DNA from: an uncultured Dehalococcoidales bacterium
GTDB taxonomy: Bacteria > Chloroflexota > Dehalococcoidia > Dehalococcoidales > UBA5627
Assembly (NCBI GenBank): GCA_964549815.1
Contig: CAZJVO010000003.1
Span: forward strand, 1 to 35,769
DNA length: 35,769 nt
Direction: 5' to 3'
The notes below the pieces were generated by a model. The model was not told where the DNA came from, did no database searches, and saw only the letters and a program-made list of their open reading frames with translations. Shown one piece after another: positions 19,453-29,282 of this stretch. The position numbers and the translations under genes are program-made. Positions within the stretch are counted from its first letter, which is position 1, and every line of letters starts with the position of its first letter.

Positions 19453-21285
19453 TTATGATTTTTTATATATACACAGATTATCTATTTTTTCCAGGCCACA
19501 GGCATTGCAGGAATGAGTGCGGCAATCCGGGGTCTCTTTCCCTTCCATCGCTTTTTTGTATTCACGCTTGAGAAAATCGATTGAGACACCGATATCGATG
19601 TGTCCCCACGGCAGCGGTTCGTCCAGCGGCCGCTCCCTTTGGGTATAGAAATACGGGTCTAATCCTTCCTGCCGGAAGGCGTCCAGCCATATATCGAATT
19701 TGAACTGCTCTCCCCAGCCGTCGAAGCATGCCCCCAACTGCCAGGCACGGTGAATTACCCTGCCAATTCTTCGGTCTCCACGTGAAATGACTGCTTCCAG
19801 CAGGCTTTTGGGGAAATCCTGCCATGATAATTCCACGTCTTTTCTCTGTAACCTTGATTTTAATAAGTCCTGCTTGTATATTATTTTTTCTTTACTATCC
19901 ATGGCTACCCACTGGAAAGGGGTGTGAGGTTTGGGAACAAAGGTCGATAAGCTGAGCCTCAGATGCGGTTTTTTCCCCGGGATATTTCTTCCCACAGCGC
20001 GGACTTTATCTACCAGTTCGATAATACCGATTATATCCTCTTCGGTTTCCGTCGGCAAACCGAGCATAAAATACAGCTTCAGATTTTTCCATCCTCTTTC
20101 AAAGGCGGTGGATGCGGTATCCAGCACTTCCTGTTCGGGTATGCATTTGTTAATTACGCGCTGCAATCTCTGGCTGCCGGCTTCCGGGGCAAAGGTCAAC
20201 CCCGATTTACGACTGGCAGGCAGTGAATCTATCAACTTTACCGAATCCACCATCAACCTCAGGCTGGGGAGTGACAGGGCAATATTCCTGCGGCCATATC
20301 TCTCAACCATCTTTTCCACCAGTTTATCTATTTCGTGATAATCGCTGGTGCTGAGCGAAACGAGGGCTATTTCGTCATAACCGGTATTATCGATAATCTC
20401 TCCGGTGGCCTCCAGAACCTCTGCATGGGAACGCTGGCGCACCGGCCGGTATGTCATTCCGGCGTTGCAAAAACGGCAGCCCCGGCTGCATCCACGGCTT
20501 ATCTCGATGGCTCCCCGGTCATGCGTGGCCTCGATAAAAGGAACTACCGGCCTGACTACAGGCGGCGGTAACTGAGCTACTATCTGTCTCTTTATAGAGG
20601 GGCTGGCTTCGGGGACGAGGGGAGTAATGCTTTTAAAATTACCATCTGCTTCATATTCCACTGTGTACAGGCTGGGCACGTAGATGCCAGGAATTTTAGC
20701 CAGTTGCCTGAGCAGCTCTTTTCGCGAAGTCCCCCGTTTATTGCTCTTGAAGTCTCTCAGGCAGTCTACCAGTTTGGGCAGCAGGTCCTCCGCATCCCCT
20801 ATAACAAAGAAATCGATAAAGTCCGCCATCGGCTCCGGATTCAGGGCACAGCTGCCGCCGGCAATCACCAGCGGATGGCTATTCGTCCTATCACAGGCCA
20901 GTACAGGTATACGGGATAGATGCAACATATTCAGTATGTTGGTATATGTTAGCTCGTATCCCAGCGAAAAACCGATGATGTCGAATTCATTCAGGGGGTG
21001 TCCGCTTTCAAGGCTGAGAAGCGGTATCCCGGCTTTTTCTATGGCAATTGCCATATCGGTCCAGGGGGCGAAAACCCTCTCGGCAAGTACATTCGGTTGG
21101 CTATTCAATATCTTGTATAGTATGGGAATCGCCATATTGGACATACCGATTTCATATATGTCTGGATAGCTCAAAACGAACTTTATATCCGTTTTTTGCC
21201 AGTCCTTTATGACGCTGTTCCATTCGCCGCCGGTGTAGCGAGCCGGTTTGGTTACATTGAATAAAATGCTATCCGGGTAAGTCAA
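19453..21285 (-). CDS. Radical SAM protein, TIGR03960-like family
   Basis: KPARYTGGEWN, YPDIYEIGMSN, RGCSRGCRFC (CxxxCxxC), TFAPEAGS and C-terminal CxxxxCxxC. Confidence 0.9.
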   Translation of the reverse strand: MTYPDSILFNVTKPARYTGGEWNSVIKDWQKTDIKFVLSYPDIYEIGMSNMAIPILYKILNSQPNVLAERVFAPWTDMAIAIEKAGIPLLSLESGHPLNEFDIIGFSLGYELTYTNILNMLHLSRIPVLACDRTNSHPLVIAGGSCALNPEPMADFIDFFVIGDAEDLLPKLVDCLRDFKSNKRGTSRKELLRQLAKIPGIYVPSLYTVEYEADGNFKSITPLVPEASPSIKRQIVAQLPPPVVRPVVPFIEATHDRGAIEISRGCSRGCRFCNAGMTYRPVRQRSHAEVLEATGEIIDNTGYDEIALVSLSTSDYHEIDKLVEKMVERYGRRNIALSLPSLRLMVDSVKLIDSLPASRKSGLTFAPEAGSQRLQRVINKCIPEQEVLDTASTAFERGWKNLKLYFMLGLPTETEEDIIGIIELVDKVRAVGRNIPGKKPHLRLSLSTFVPKPHTPFQWVAMDSKEKIIYKQDLLKSRLQRKDVELSWQDFPKSLLEAVISRGDRRIGRVIHRAWQLGACFDGWGEQFKFDIWLDAFRQEGLDPYFYTQRERPLDEPLPWGHIDIGVSIDFLKREYKKAMEGKETPDCRTHSCNACGLEKIDNLCIYKKS

Positions 21286-21386
21286 AAACTATCCTCCAGG
21301 GCCTTAATTATACGTGGAATTGCCTCCGGGGTGCAATTTTACCGTGCTTATACTGGCAGTTTAACAGCCCCGGTGCAGGTTGTGAT

Positions 21387-22166
21387 TTATCTGTAAAACA
21401 ATCTGTCTTTGACCTGGCGTGCTATTGCCGATAGCGTATCCCCTGCTTTAGCATTGATTACTATGCTTGCCCGGTCGTCGAAGGGGGTGGGGGTAAGATT
21501 GATTATAACCAGTCTGGCACCGGCATCTATAGCGTAGGCCGGCAGATAAGCGGCGGGATAAACCGTCAGACCGGAGCCGACGATTATCATCAGGTCGCAA
21601 GTGCAGGCATGCTTGATAGCTTCATTCAGGATATCTGCAGGGAGTTCTTCTCCGAAGAAAACGACATCGGCTTTTAAAAGACCGCCGCATTCTTCACAGA
21701 CAGGCGGGTCGTCGCTTTCCCCTGCTTTATTTCTGATCTGGTCCAGAGGATAGCGCCTCCGACAGTTTAAGCAGATGAACCTGTGCAGGTTTCCATGCAG
21801 TTCCAGAACTCGCTTATAGGGAACGCCGGCTTTCTGATGGAGGTTATCGATATTCTGGGTAATTACGCAATCTAGTTTCCCCAGGTTATACAGCTCGGCG
21901 ATGGCTTTATGTGCCCGGTTGGGGGCGGCATCGACGCTCAATTCTCTGAACAGCCGCCACTGCTTGCGACGGGCTTCCGGGTTGTTTAAAAATCTTTCGT
22001 AGGTGAAATCATCCGGGTCGAAGCGCTCCCATATGCCGCCAGGGCTGCGAAAATCAGGGATGCCTGATTCGGTGCTGACGCCGGCGCCGGTAAAGAAGGT
22101 CAGCCTTCGGGATTGCAGTATCAACTCTGCGATTTTATCTACTTTAGGGTCGTGGTAATACTCCAT
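21387..22166 (-). CDS. cobB: NAD-dependent protein deacylase (Sir2/CobB family)
   Basis: GAGVSTESGIPDFR, TQNIDNLH, ELHG and two CxxC pairs. Start placed at MEYY, which follows a GGAG RBS. Confidence 0.92.
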   Translation of the reverse strand: MEYYHDPKVDKIAELILQSRRLTFFTGAGVSTESGIPDFRSPGGIWERFDPDDFTYERFLNNPEARRKQWRLFRELSVDAAPNRAHKAIAELYNLGKLDCVITQNIDNLHQKAGVPYKRVLELHGNLHRFICLNCRRRYPLDQIRNKAGESDDPPVCEECGGLLKADVVFFGEELPADILNEAIKHACTCDLMIIVGSGLTVYPAAYLPAYAIDAGARLVIINLTPTPFDDRASIVINAKAGDTLSAIARQVKDRLFYR

Positions 22167-22734
22167 ATTTATCTCCCAGCAGGTCATCAGGAATCAGGGA
22201 AAACATAACCCCGTCAAGCACCTTGCCACGCTGATATATCAGATTTCTTAAAATTCCTTCCCGTACAGCTCCAATTTTTTCCGCCACTCGCTGGCTGGCC
22301 AGGTTCCCGGTTGCAGTAACAATCTCTATGCGGTTGAAATGAAGCCTTTCGAAACCGAATCTTGCCAGTAATATAGAGGCTGCCGATGCCACCCCGTTGT
22401 TGCAATACTTTTTTCGCACCCAGTACCCAAGATTGGCTACCATGTTTTGGTTATCTATCTTATTTAAACCGCACCAGCCCATGAGCTTTTGTGTTGCCGG
22501 GTTGACAATTGTAAAATTATACTCCTGTCCTTTGTCCCATGCGGTCGCACAGGCTTTCAGCCAGGTCCGGCTGTCATCGACGGAGTAGTTTGTATTTGCC
22601 CAGGCTGTCCACTCCATCAATTCGTCAATCGATTCATGGATGGCATCGCAATGCTCCTGTGCATCTTCCGGGCGGCAGAAACGCAGCAACACTTTTCCAT
22701 CGGTCAGAGTAATATTTTTTTCGATTGGTATCAT
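22144..22734 (-). CDS. GNAT N-acetyltransferase, RimJ/RimL type
   Basis: ANLGYWV, GVAS, RIEI, NLASQRVAEKIG and EGILR motifs. Start placed at MIPIEK, just after the upstream stop. Confidence 0.88.
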   Translation of the reverse strand: MIPIEKNITLTDGKVLLRFCRPEDAQEHCDAIHESIDELMEWTAWANTNYSVDDSRTWLKACATAWDKGQEYNFTIVNPATQKLMGWCGLNKIDNQNMVANLGYWVRKKYCNNGVASAASILLARFGFERLHFNRIEIVTATGNLASQRVAEKIGAVREGILRNLIYQRGKVLDGVMFSLIPDDLLGDKYGVLPRP

Positions 22735-22735
22735 T

Positions 22736-23407
22736 TTATCTTTCTTCGTAGCGGCAGATATCGACCAGGCAGCATTTTCTGCAGTCAGGATGCTTGTTGC
22801 AGGCTTCCTTGGCAAGATTAACCAGCAAGGCATGATATTCGTTGAAGACAGTAACATCCGGTGTCAGGTTCGACATAAAAAACCTCTGAAAATCATTATA
22901 GCTTTTTTCTTCTTCCATCAAGCCGATGCGGCTGAAGATGCGTTTGGTATAAGCGTCTATTACGAAAACAGGTTTTTCCAGGGCATATAACAATATAGAA
23001 TCCGCTGTTTCCGGCCCAATGCCGTAAACAGTGAGTGTTTCCTCTCGTAGCTTTTGTGTCTCCTCCTTGGCCATCTTAGCTATATCGTCTGCAAATTTCT
23101 CCCACAACCAGTAAACGAGGGACTTCAGTTTCCTTGCCTTGGCATTATAATAGCCGCTAGGCTTGATGAGCTCAGCGAGCTCGGGAAAAGGCATATTCCT
23201 TATCGAATCTGGCGACAGCGCCTGCGCTGTTTTTAAATTGCAGATAGCTTTTTCTACGTTTGCCCATGCTGCTGATTGTGTAAGCACAGCCCCTACCATC
23301 ACTTCGAAGGGGGTTTCTGCAGGCCACCAGTGTTGAGGGCCGTATGCGGCCATCAGCCGCTGGTAGATTTCTTTGATTAATTGGTCAGCTGTTTTGTCGT
23401 CATTCAT
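22736..23407 (-). CDS. HhH-GPD / endonuclease III-related protein
   Basis: WWPAETPFEV, LTQ, GIGPETADSILLYA, VIDAY and C-terminal C-x5-C-x2-C-x5-C. Confidence 0.9.
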   Translation of the reverse strand: MNDDKTADQLIKEIYQRLMAAYGPQHWWPAETPFEVMVGAVLTQSAAWANVEKAICNLKTAQALSPDSIRNMPFPELAELIKPSGYYNAKARKLKSLVYWLWEKFADDIAKMAKEETQKLREETLTVYGIGPETADSILLYALEKPVFVIDAYTKRIFSRIGLMEEEKSYNDFQRFFMSNLTPDVTVFNEYHALLVNLAKEACNKHPDCRKCCLVDICRYEER

Positions 23408-23535
23408 CGGAAGTAAATCACCAGTATAGAATTATATCACGGAACGGACATTTTGAAATTCAGCAGGGGTTGATTTCATCAATACAAACCCACTGATTGC
23501 AGGCATTTCTTTACCAGCTCTATAAGCCGGCTATT

Positions 23536-24774
23536 CTATCCCAGCGGAGTAAGAGTGAGCAATTTTTTGGCGATATCTGGATATTCGGCGATGAATTTCA
23601 ATTCGTCGCCGGTCAGTGGTTTCTGAGCCTCGACGTTAGCATACCTTACCAGTTCCAGTATCTTGTTTGCCTCTTCCCTGTCGGCAAAAGTAACCGACAT
23701 TTTGCCCATAACATGACTGAATCCCGAGATGCCGCTGTATTCGCCTGCGCAGATTTCACGGCCTGTTTCCACCAGTTCAGGGTCTCCCCTCCCCAGTTCC
23801 TTGAAGCCGTAGAGTTCATAATTCTCAGGGTCCTTCAGCACACCGTCGGCATGGATGCCGGATTCGTGGGCAAAGGCATTAGCTCCTACACCAGGCTGAT
23901 TGATGGGGATGGGGACATTGAATGCATAACTGGCAAACTTGGCGATTTTGTAGGCTTTCGAAAGGTCTATATGATTACCGAGCTGGTACTTCTCTCCAAA
24001 CCCTTTGGATTTGGTAATGGCCAGAATCGTGGCAACCAGGTCAGCATTCCCGCATCTTTCTCCAATTCCGTTAATCGTAGTGTTAATGTAAGCATCCTGC
24101 CCGCCATCGATGACACCTTTGGCGCCGGCAACGGAAGTGGCCACTGCCATACCAAGGTCACCGTGGCAGTGAAGCTCCACAGGGAGCTTCACGTTCTCAG
24201 CCAATGCTTTGGTAGTCTCATAAATCGAGAATGGGTTGTCATATCCCAGTGTATCGCAATATCGCAATCTGCAAGCGCCATGTTCTTTGGCTGCAAGCCC
24301 GAATTTGATGAGGTAATCCAGGTCCGTCCTGGAAGCATCCTCGGCATTGACGCCGATGGTTTTGGTGCCGTGAGCCTTTGCGGCATCTACCGCATCTGTC
24401 ATATCTTTAATAATATCGTCACGGTTTTTTCTTCCCTGGAATTTTCCTCTTATCATCTGGTCTGAGGTCGAAATGGAAAGATTAAGATGCTCCAGCCCTG
24501 GTACCAGCTTATATGCCAGTTCGACATCGGCGACCATAGCTCTGATCCATCCTTCCAGCCTCATGTGTTTTATTACCCCGAGTTTAACCAGTTCGAGATT
24601 GGACTGCAGGTAATTGGATTCGTGCCTGGTAGTTGGAAAGCCGAATTCCGATTGGAATATTCCCATCTCGTCGAGGAAAATGTTGACCATGGTCTTTTCG
24701 AGCTTGGAGAGCCCCAGTTTTGCTGTTTGAACGCCGTCCCTGTTGGTAACGTCCACTAAATAAATCTTTGGCAT
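23536..24774 (-). CDS. DRE-TIM family enzyme, probably Re-citrate synthase (homocitrate synthase-like)
   Basis: DVTNRDGVQ, DTLG, HCHGDLGMA, GIGERCGN and FAHESGIH motifs; GAGGTG RBS before MPKIY. As recalled, closely resembles the Dehalococcoides enzyme. Confidence 0.8.
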   Translation of the reverse strand: MPKIYLVDVTNRDGVQTAKLGLSKLEKTMVNIFLDEMGIFQSEFGFPTTRHESNYLQSNLELVKLGVIKHMRLEGWIRAMVADVELAYKLVPGLEHLNLSISTSDQMIRGKFQGRKNRDDIIKDMTDAVDAAKAHGTKTIGVNAEDASRTDLDYLIKFGLAAKEHGACRLRYCDTLGYDNPFSIYETTKALAENVKLPVELHCHGDLGMAVATSVAGAKGVIDGGQDAYINTTINGIGERCGNADLVATILAITKSKGFGEKYQLGNHIDLSKAYKIAKFASYAFNVPIPINQPGVGANAFAHESGIHADGVLKDPENYELYGFKELGRGDPELVETGREICAGEYSGISGFSHVMGKMSVTFADREEANKILELVRYANVEAQKPLTGDELKFIAEYPDIAKKLLTLTPLG

Positions 24775-24958
24775 TTTACACCTCATTATAAAATGAAAAA
24801 CACTTACCCAATTTTAGATGATTAAACTATAATGGTAGCACATTATTCTTTAAGCGGCAATTTTATGCTAGAATTAATCATGGTTTTTTATCTTCCTCCA
24901 ATAGATGAAAAATAGGCTTGTTAAATCGAGAACCATCGTGGAGTCAGGGGGCGTCGGA

Positions 24959-25996
24959 ATGAAGAAGTCAAAGGTTGGTATTGTTAATGTTACCGGCTAT
25001 GCCGGAATAGAATTGGCCAGATTAATGGTCAGGCATCCCCATGCCGAATTGGTTTCAGTTACCGGCAGGAGCGCTGCCGGTCAAAAACTGTCGACAGCAT
25101 TCCCTCATCTTGCAGGAATAACTGACCTTACCGTAGAATCCGAGCTGGGCGAGGTTGATTTCGCTTTTGTGGCTTTGCCGCACAAGGAAAGCTGTCTTGA
25201 GGTTATGAAACTTATCGAGCGCGGTATCAGGATAGTTGATATAAGCGCCGATTTCAGGCTCAGCAATGCTGAGGAATACCCTGAATGGTACGGTTTTACC
25301 CATCCGTCGCCGGAGCTTTTAGACCAGGCGGTGTATGGGTTGCCCGAATTGTATCGAAAAGATATCGCATCGGCCAATCTGGTAGCCAATCCAGGGTGTT
25401 ATCCCACCTCTGCCATACTGGCTATGGCTCCCGCCATCAAGCAGGGGATAATTGAAAATGATGTGATTATCGACAGCAAGTCGGGGATATCGGGAGCCGG
25501 CAGGACGCTTTCTCTCGGTAGCCATTACTCGGAAGTCAATGAAAATACGTCTGCTTATGCCTTGAAAGGGCATCGCCACCTGCCGGAAATCGTGCAGGAA
25601 CTCACTTTTCTAAACGGTGAAACGGTGAATGTCACCTTTGTTCCTCATCTGGTTCCGATGACCCGCGGCATTCTGTCCACCTGCTATGCTTCTTTAACGG
25701 CGGAATATGCTTCACGAGAGAATATACAGGAAGAAGTAACCCGTATCTATGCAGATTTTTATAAAGACGAACCCTTTGTAAAGATTACGGATGCTCCTCC
25801 GCATACCAAGAATACCTGGGGCAGCAATATGTGCCATATCTATCCGTCCGTCGATTCAAGGACGGGGCGTCTCATCGTGATAAGCTGCATCGATAACCTG
25901 GTCAAGGGGGCGGCCGGACAGGCGATTCAGAATATGAACATCATGTGCGGTTTTGCCGAGGTTGCCGGATTGGAAGCTCCGCCGGTATATCCGTAA
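24959..25996 (+). CDS. argC: N-acetyl-gamma-glutamyl-phosphate reductase
   Basis: TGYAG, ALPH, DISADFRL, ANPGCYPT, SGISGAGR and IDNLVKGAAGQA motifs. Confidence 0.96.
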   Translation: MKKSKVGIVNVTGYAGIELARLMVRHPHAELVSVTGRSAAGQKLSTAFPHLAGITDLTVESELGEVDFAFVALPHKESCLEVMKLIERGIRIVDISADFRLSNAEEYPEWYGFTHPSPELLDQAVYGLPELYRKDIASANLVANPGCYPTSAILAMAPAIKQGIIENDVIIDSKSGISGAGRTLSLGSHYSEVNENTSAYALKGHRHLPEIVQELTFLNGETVNVTFVPHLVPMTRGILSTCYASLTAEYASRENIQEEVTRIYADFYKDEPFVKITDAPPHTKNTWGSNMCHIYPSVDSRTGRLIVISCIDNLVKGAAGQAIQNMNIMCGFAEVAGLEAPPVYP

Positions 25997-26011
25997 AAAG
26001 TCATTCTTAAA

Positions 26012-26063
26012 CCCTCATCCGGCATCCCGACACATCGGGATGCCACCTTCCCCCAGGGGAAGG
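26012..26063. repeat. REP-like double hairpin (may act as terminator)
   Basis: GGCATCCCGACACATCGGGATGCC plus CCTTCCCCCAGGGGAAGG; a related copy lies at about 33907-33952. Confidence 0.7.
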
Positions 26064-26263
26064 CATTTTACGTTTATTTGGCGCCCCTTGTCAGCTTCTA
26101 CCCGGTTTATCGGGGTGGTAGCTTAGGGTAAAAATATCCCATCTTCTCTCGTCCTCGATTCTTAACCAGTCGAAGTTGTAAGAGAGCAAATAACCACTAC
26201 CTGTGATTAATAATATCAACAATTGCCTCCACGTCATTCTTCTGCTATGCTTTAGCCTGCAAT

Positions 26264-27547
26264 ATGACAAATCGAACTGAAAATACAGGTCTGGGGAACG
26301 CTTCATTCGGTAAATGGGATTATTTAAAGATAACCATACTCGTTTTTGCCACCACAGGGCTGTGGCAATCGATGCACTCGATAATCCTCCCTATAAGAAT
26401 CCTTGATTTTGTTCCTGAGGCGGAGAAAAATACCTACCTCGGACTGATGACCTTTGCCGGCCTTATCCTGGCTATGCTGTTGCAGCCCATCTTCGGAGCT
26501 ATCAGTGATAATTCAGGATTCAGGATGGGGCGGCGCCGTCCAATTATAATCGCTGGTGTTCTAGGTCTTTTATTGTTTCTACCCGGCATCGGGCTGGCTA
26601 GCAGCTATGCTATCCTTTTTGCCGTTTATTGCCTGATGCAAATAAGCAGCAATGCCGCGCAGGGAGCGCATCAGGGCTTTATTCCCGATCTTGTCCCTGA
26701 AGGAAAGAAGGGGCAGGCTTCGGGGATAAAGAGCTTCGTGGAGATGCTGGGGGGTATAATCCTTATTTATATCATCGGGGTATTGATGGATAACTACAGC
26801 GCCGGTAGCGGAGAACAGTGGCTATGGCTGTCTTTGTTAATCCCCGCTGCTGTTCTTCTTGTCTGTATGCTGGTGACTGTATTTACGGTAAAGGAAAAGC
26901 CTTTCAGCGGCGCATCCCGTTTTTCATTTGCAGCCATTATTCGTGATACTTTTAAAATCGATATCAGGGTGAACCGCCGGTTTTTGTGGTTTTTAGCCTC
27001 TCGCCTGTGTGTATTTGCCGGACTTGGAATCATACAGCAGTTTGCCCTGTATTTTTTACGCGATGTAGTGGGTGTTCCCGACCCGGCAGCTGCTACTTCC
27101 AGATTTACCATCCTGGCAGTCATCGGCATGCTGGCTGTGGTTTATCCGGCGGGCAGGTTGTCGGATAAGGTAGGGCGTAAACCTATCGCTCTTGCATCGG
27201 CGTTTATTGGGGCATTCGGCATACTTTTAATAATATTATCCAAGGAATACAGTACGATACTGATTGCTGCCGGATTTATCGGCATTGCTCTTGGAGGGTT
27301 TACCAGCACGAACTGGGCGATGGCTATCGATATGGTCCCTGCTGGTGAAGAAGCCCGTTATCTCGGGATTGCTAACATGGCAACCGCCGGAGCAGGCGCA
27401 CTGGCACGTCTTATCGGCCCGGTAATCGATTTCTTTGAAAAGCAGGGTCCGGGCATGGGCTATCAGGTAATGCTGTTCACATGCCTGGTGTTTTTTATTG
27501 CTGGTGGGTTGATTATGCTGCGTATCAATGAGAAGGCTACCCGATAA
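26264..27547 (+). CDS. MFS transporter
   Basis: About 12 TM helices; GAISDN..RMGRRRP and GRLSDKVGRK MFS motifs. Confidence 0.92.
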   Translation: MTNRTENTGLGNASFGKWDYLKITILVFATTGLWQSMHSIILPIRILDFVPEAEKNTYLGLMTFAGLILAMLLQPIFGAISDNSGFRMGRRRPIIIAGVLGLLLFLPGIGLASSYAILFAVYCLMQISSNAAQGAHQGFIPDLVPEGKKGQASGIKSFVEMLGGIILIYIIGVLMDNYSAGSGEQWLWLSLLIPAAVLLVCMLVTVFTVKEKPFSGASRFSFAAIIRDTFKIDIRVNRRFLWFLASRLCVFAGLGIIQQFALYFLRDVVGVPDPAAATSRFTILAVIGMLAVVYPAGRLSDKVGRKPIALASAFIGAFGILLIILSKEYSTILIAAGFIGIALGGFTSTNWAMAIDMVPAGEEARYLGIANMATAGAGALARLIGPVIDFFEKQGPGMGYQVMLFTCLVFFIAGGLIMLRINEKATR

Positions 27548-28148
27548 GGTCGAGCAACGCCTGCCATCCCAGCGCTCCTGCCCAGGCCATCCCGACATAA
27601 AGGACTGTTCTGCCTAACCAGCAGGCGATGAAGAATTTCCAGATGGGGTATCGGAATGCCCCGGCAATGCAACCTACCACGTCAAATGCGAATGGGAATA
27701 CCGAGAGTAAAAAGACAGCCGGGGCACCCCACTTACGTATCCAGGACTCTATTTTGAGATACCAGCGGTTGTTTTTTACAGCAACCATTGCCTGCCCACT
27801 GTAACCAGCCATATATCCGGTCATCTCTCCGATGGCAGCCCCGAATCCACCTGCCAGACCTACCAGTGTTGGTGAGGGGAGTGTTGCTCCGAGCGCTGCT
27901 ATGACCACAAAATTGCCGACAGGCAGAATAACAGATGCATTTAATAGTACACTTATGATGAAAGAACCCAGATACCCGTACCCTTTGAGGTTCTCTATCA
28001 TTTCTGGATTGTACTGGTATATAAGGAATACACCGACGACGATTCCGACAATAAATGTGAGTGTCAGAATAGGAAGGAGCCTTGTTTTTATCCAGGAAGG
28101 CTTACACGCTGGCGGGGTTTCCGGTTGCTCTTTTGAAGAATCATCCAT
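27537..28148 (-). CDS. DedA/VTT (SNARE-associated) membrane protein
   Basis: GAAIGEMTGYMAG, PFAFDVVG and FFIACWLGR motifs. Confidence 0.85.
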   Translation of the reverse strand: MDDSSKEQPETPPACKPSWIKTRLLPILTLTFIVGIVVGVFLIYQYNPEMIENLKGYGYLGSFIISVLLNASVILPVGNFVVIAALGATLPSPTLVGLAGGFGAAIGEMTGYMAGYSGQAMVAVKNNRWYLKIESWIRKWGAPAVFLLSVFPFAFDVVGCIAGAFRYPIWKFFIACWLGRTVLYVGMAWAGALGWQALLDLIG

Positions 28149-28217
28149 ATCGCCTGATATTCTATCATAATCCGCTTAAGATAATCCAAAGGCCAACCTG
28201 ATACAGTCTGGATAATA

Positions 28218-28454
28218 GTGCCCCTTGTTTTCCTAACGCTGCTAATTGCCTGGAAGTTTCCTGCACCCGGGGGGTTGATATTGCCTGCGTTTGCTGTTGT
28301 CTCATTAATTCTTTATTACAATGCCGCCTCGTGCATCGTTACGGGAGTCTTCTTTTCTCAATACCTGACCTCTGTCTGGTGTTTCTTTGCGGCGATAATC
28401 AGCATCATCGTTTACTGGATATTGAAGGGGAGTCAAACAAAGTCTTTTGCCTGA
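28218..28454 (+). CDS. Possible small membrane protein or gene remnant
   Basis: 78-aa hydrophobic ORF filling an intergenic gap; GTG start directly after in-frame stops, no clear RBS. Confidence 0.3.
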   Translation: MPLVFLTLLIAWKFPAPGGLILPAFAVVSLILYYNAASCIVTGVFFSQYLTSVWCFFAAIISIIVYWILKGSQTKSFA

Positions 28455-28508
28455 GCTTTTTCATACTGCATGTAATCCGTCTCGATGGAAAGAACCGAAT
28501 TATCAGTG

Positions 28509-29282
28509 TCAATTCCCGTACTCTATGCTGATCTCGTTAAAGATTCCCAGCAGGTCTTCGATGCTGGTGTTGGTTTTCTCTGCGCCTGCTTTGTCCAGAA
28601 TTATCTTACCCTGATGCATCATAATAAGGCGGGTGCCATATTCGGTGGCGTAGCGCAGATTATGTGTTACCATTATGGTCGTAACGCCTTTCCCGCGTAC
28701 CAGCCTGTACGTAAGTTCCATGATGGTTTCAGCAGTCTTGGGGTCCAGTGAAGCGGTGTGCTCGTCCAGTATCAGGAATTCTATGGGGGTCATGGTAGAC
28801 ATTAAGAGTGCCAGCGCCTGGCGCTGCCCGCCGGACAGCGAACCCACGGTAACATCCAGTTTGTCCTCAAGCCCCAGCCCGAGCTGTTTGAGGCTCTCGC
28901 GATAGTAATTCATGCGTTTTTTATTTGTTCCAGGGGTCAGATTGAAGGGTTTCCCCTTATTGTCTGCCATGGACATATTTTCAAGGATTGTCATACTGGA
29001 GCAGGTCCCCATAGCCGGATTCTGATATACCCTGCCGATGCGACGGTAACGCTTGAAATCTACCATCGGCGTTATATTCGTTTCTCCGATGAAGACGTGC
29101 CCCGAATCTATTTCGATATTTCCGCAGATTATATTGAGCATAGATGTCTTTCCACTTCCGTTCGAGCCGACAACGGAAACAAATTCTCCATCATTTACGC
29201 TCAGGTTGAAATCCTCGAAAATGTGGGTTTCATTGATGGTTCCCTGATTATAGGTTTTATAGATATGCTCCAGTCTAAGCAA
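28509..29282 (-). CDS. ABC transporter ATP-binding protein
   Basis: GSNGSGKT, LSGGQRQ, LDEHT and MVTH motifs. Confidence 0.95.
   Translation of the reverse strand: MLRLEHIYKTYNQGTINETHIFEDFNLSVNDGEFVSVVGSNGSGKTSMLNIICGNIEIDSGHVFIGETNITPMVDFKRYRRIGRVYQNPAMGTCSSMTILENMSMADNKGKPFNLTPGTNKKRMNYYRESLKQLGLGLEDKLDVTVGSLSGGQRQALALLMSTMTPIEFLILDEHTASLDPKTAETIMELTYRLVRGKGVTTIMVTHNLRYATEYGTRLIMMHQGKIILDKAGAEKTNTSIEDLLGIFNEISIEYGN

Noticed and set aside
22735-22857. Extended N-terminus of the GNAT ORF (likewise for the sirtuin, argC, citrate synthase and DUF2202 ORFs)
   Set aside because: The extensions overlap upstream genes or lack an RBS; downstream ATGs fit better.
23497-24465. 322-aa plus-strand ORF
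   Set aside because: Antisense shadow of the citrate synthase-like gene, with no recognisable motifs.
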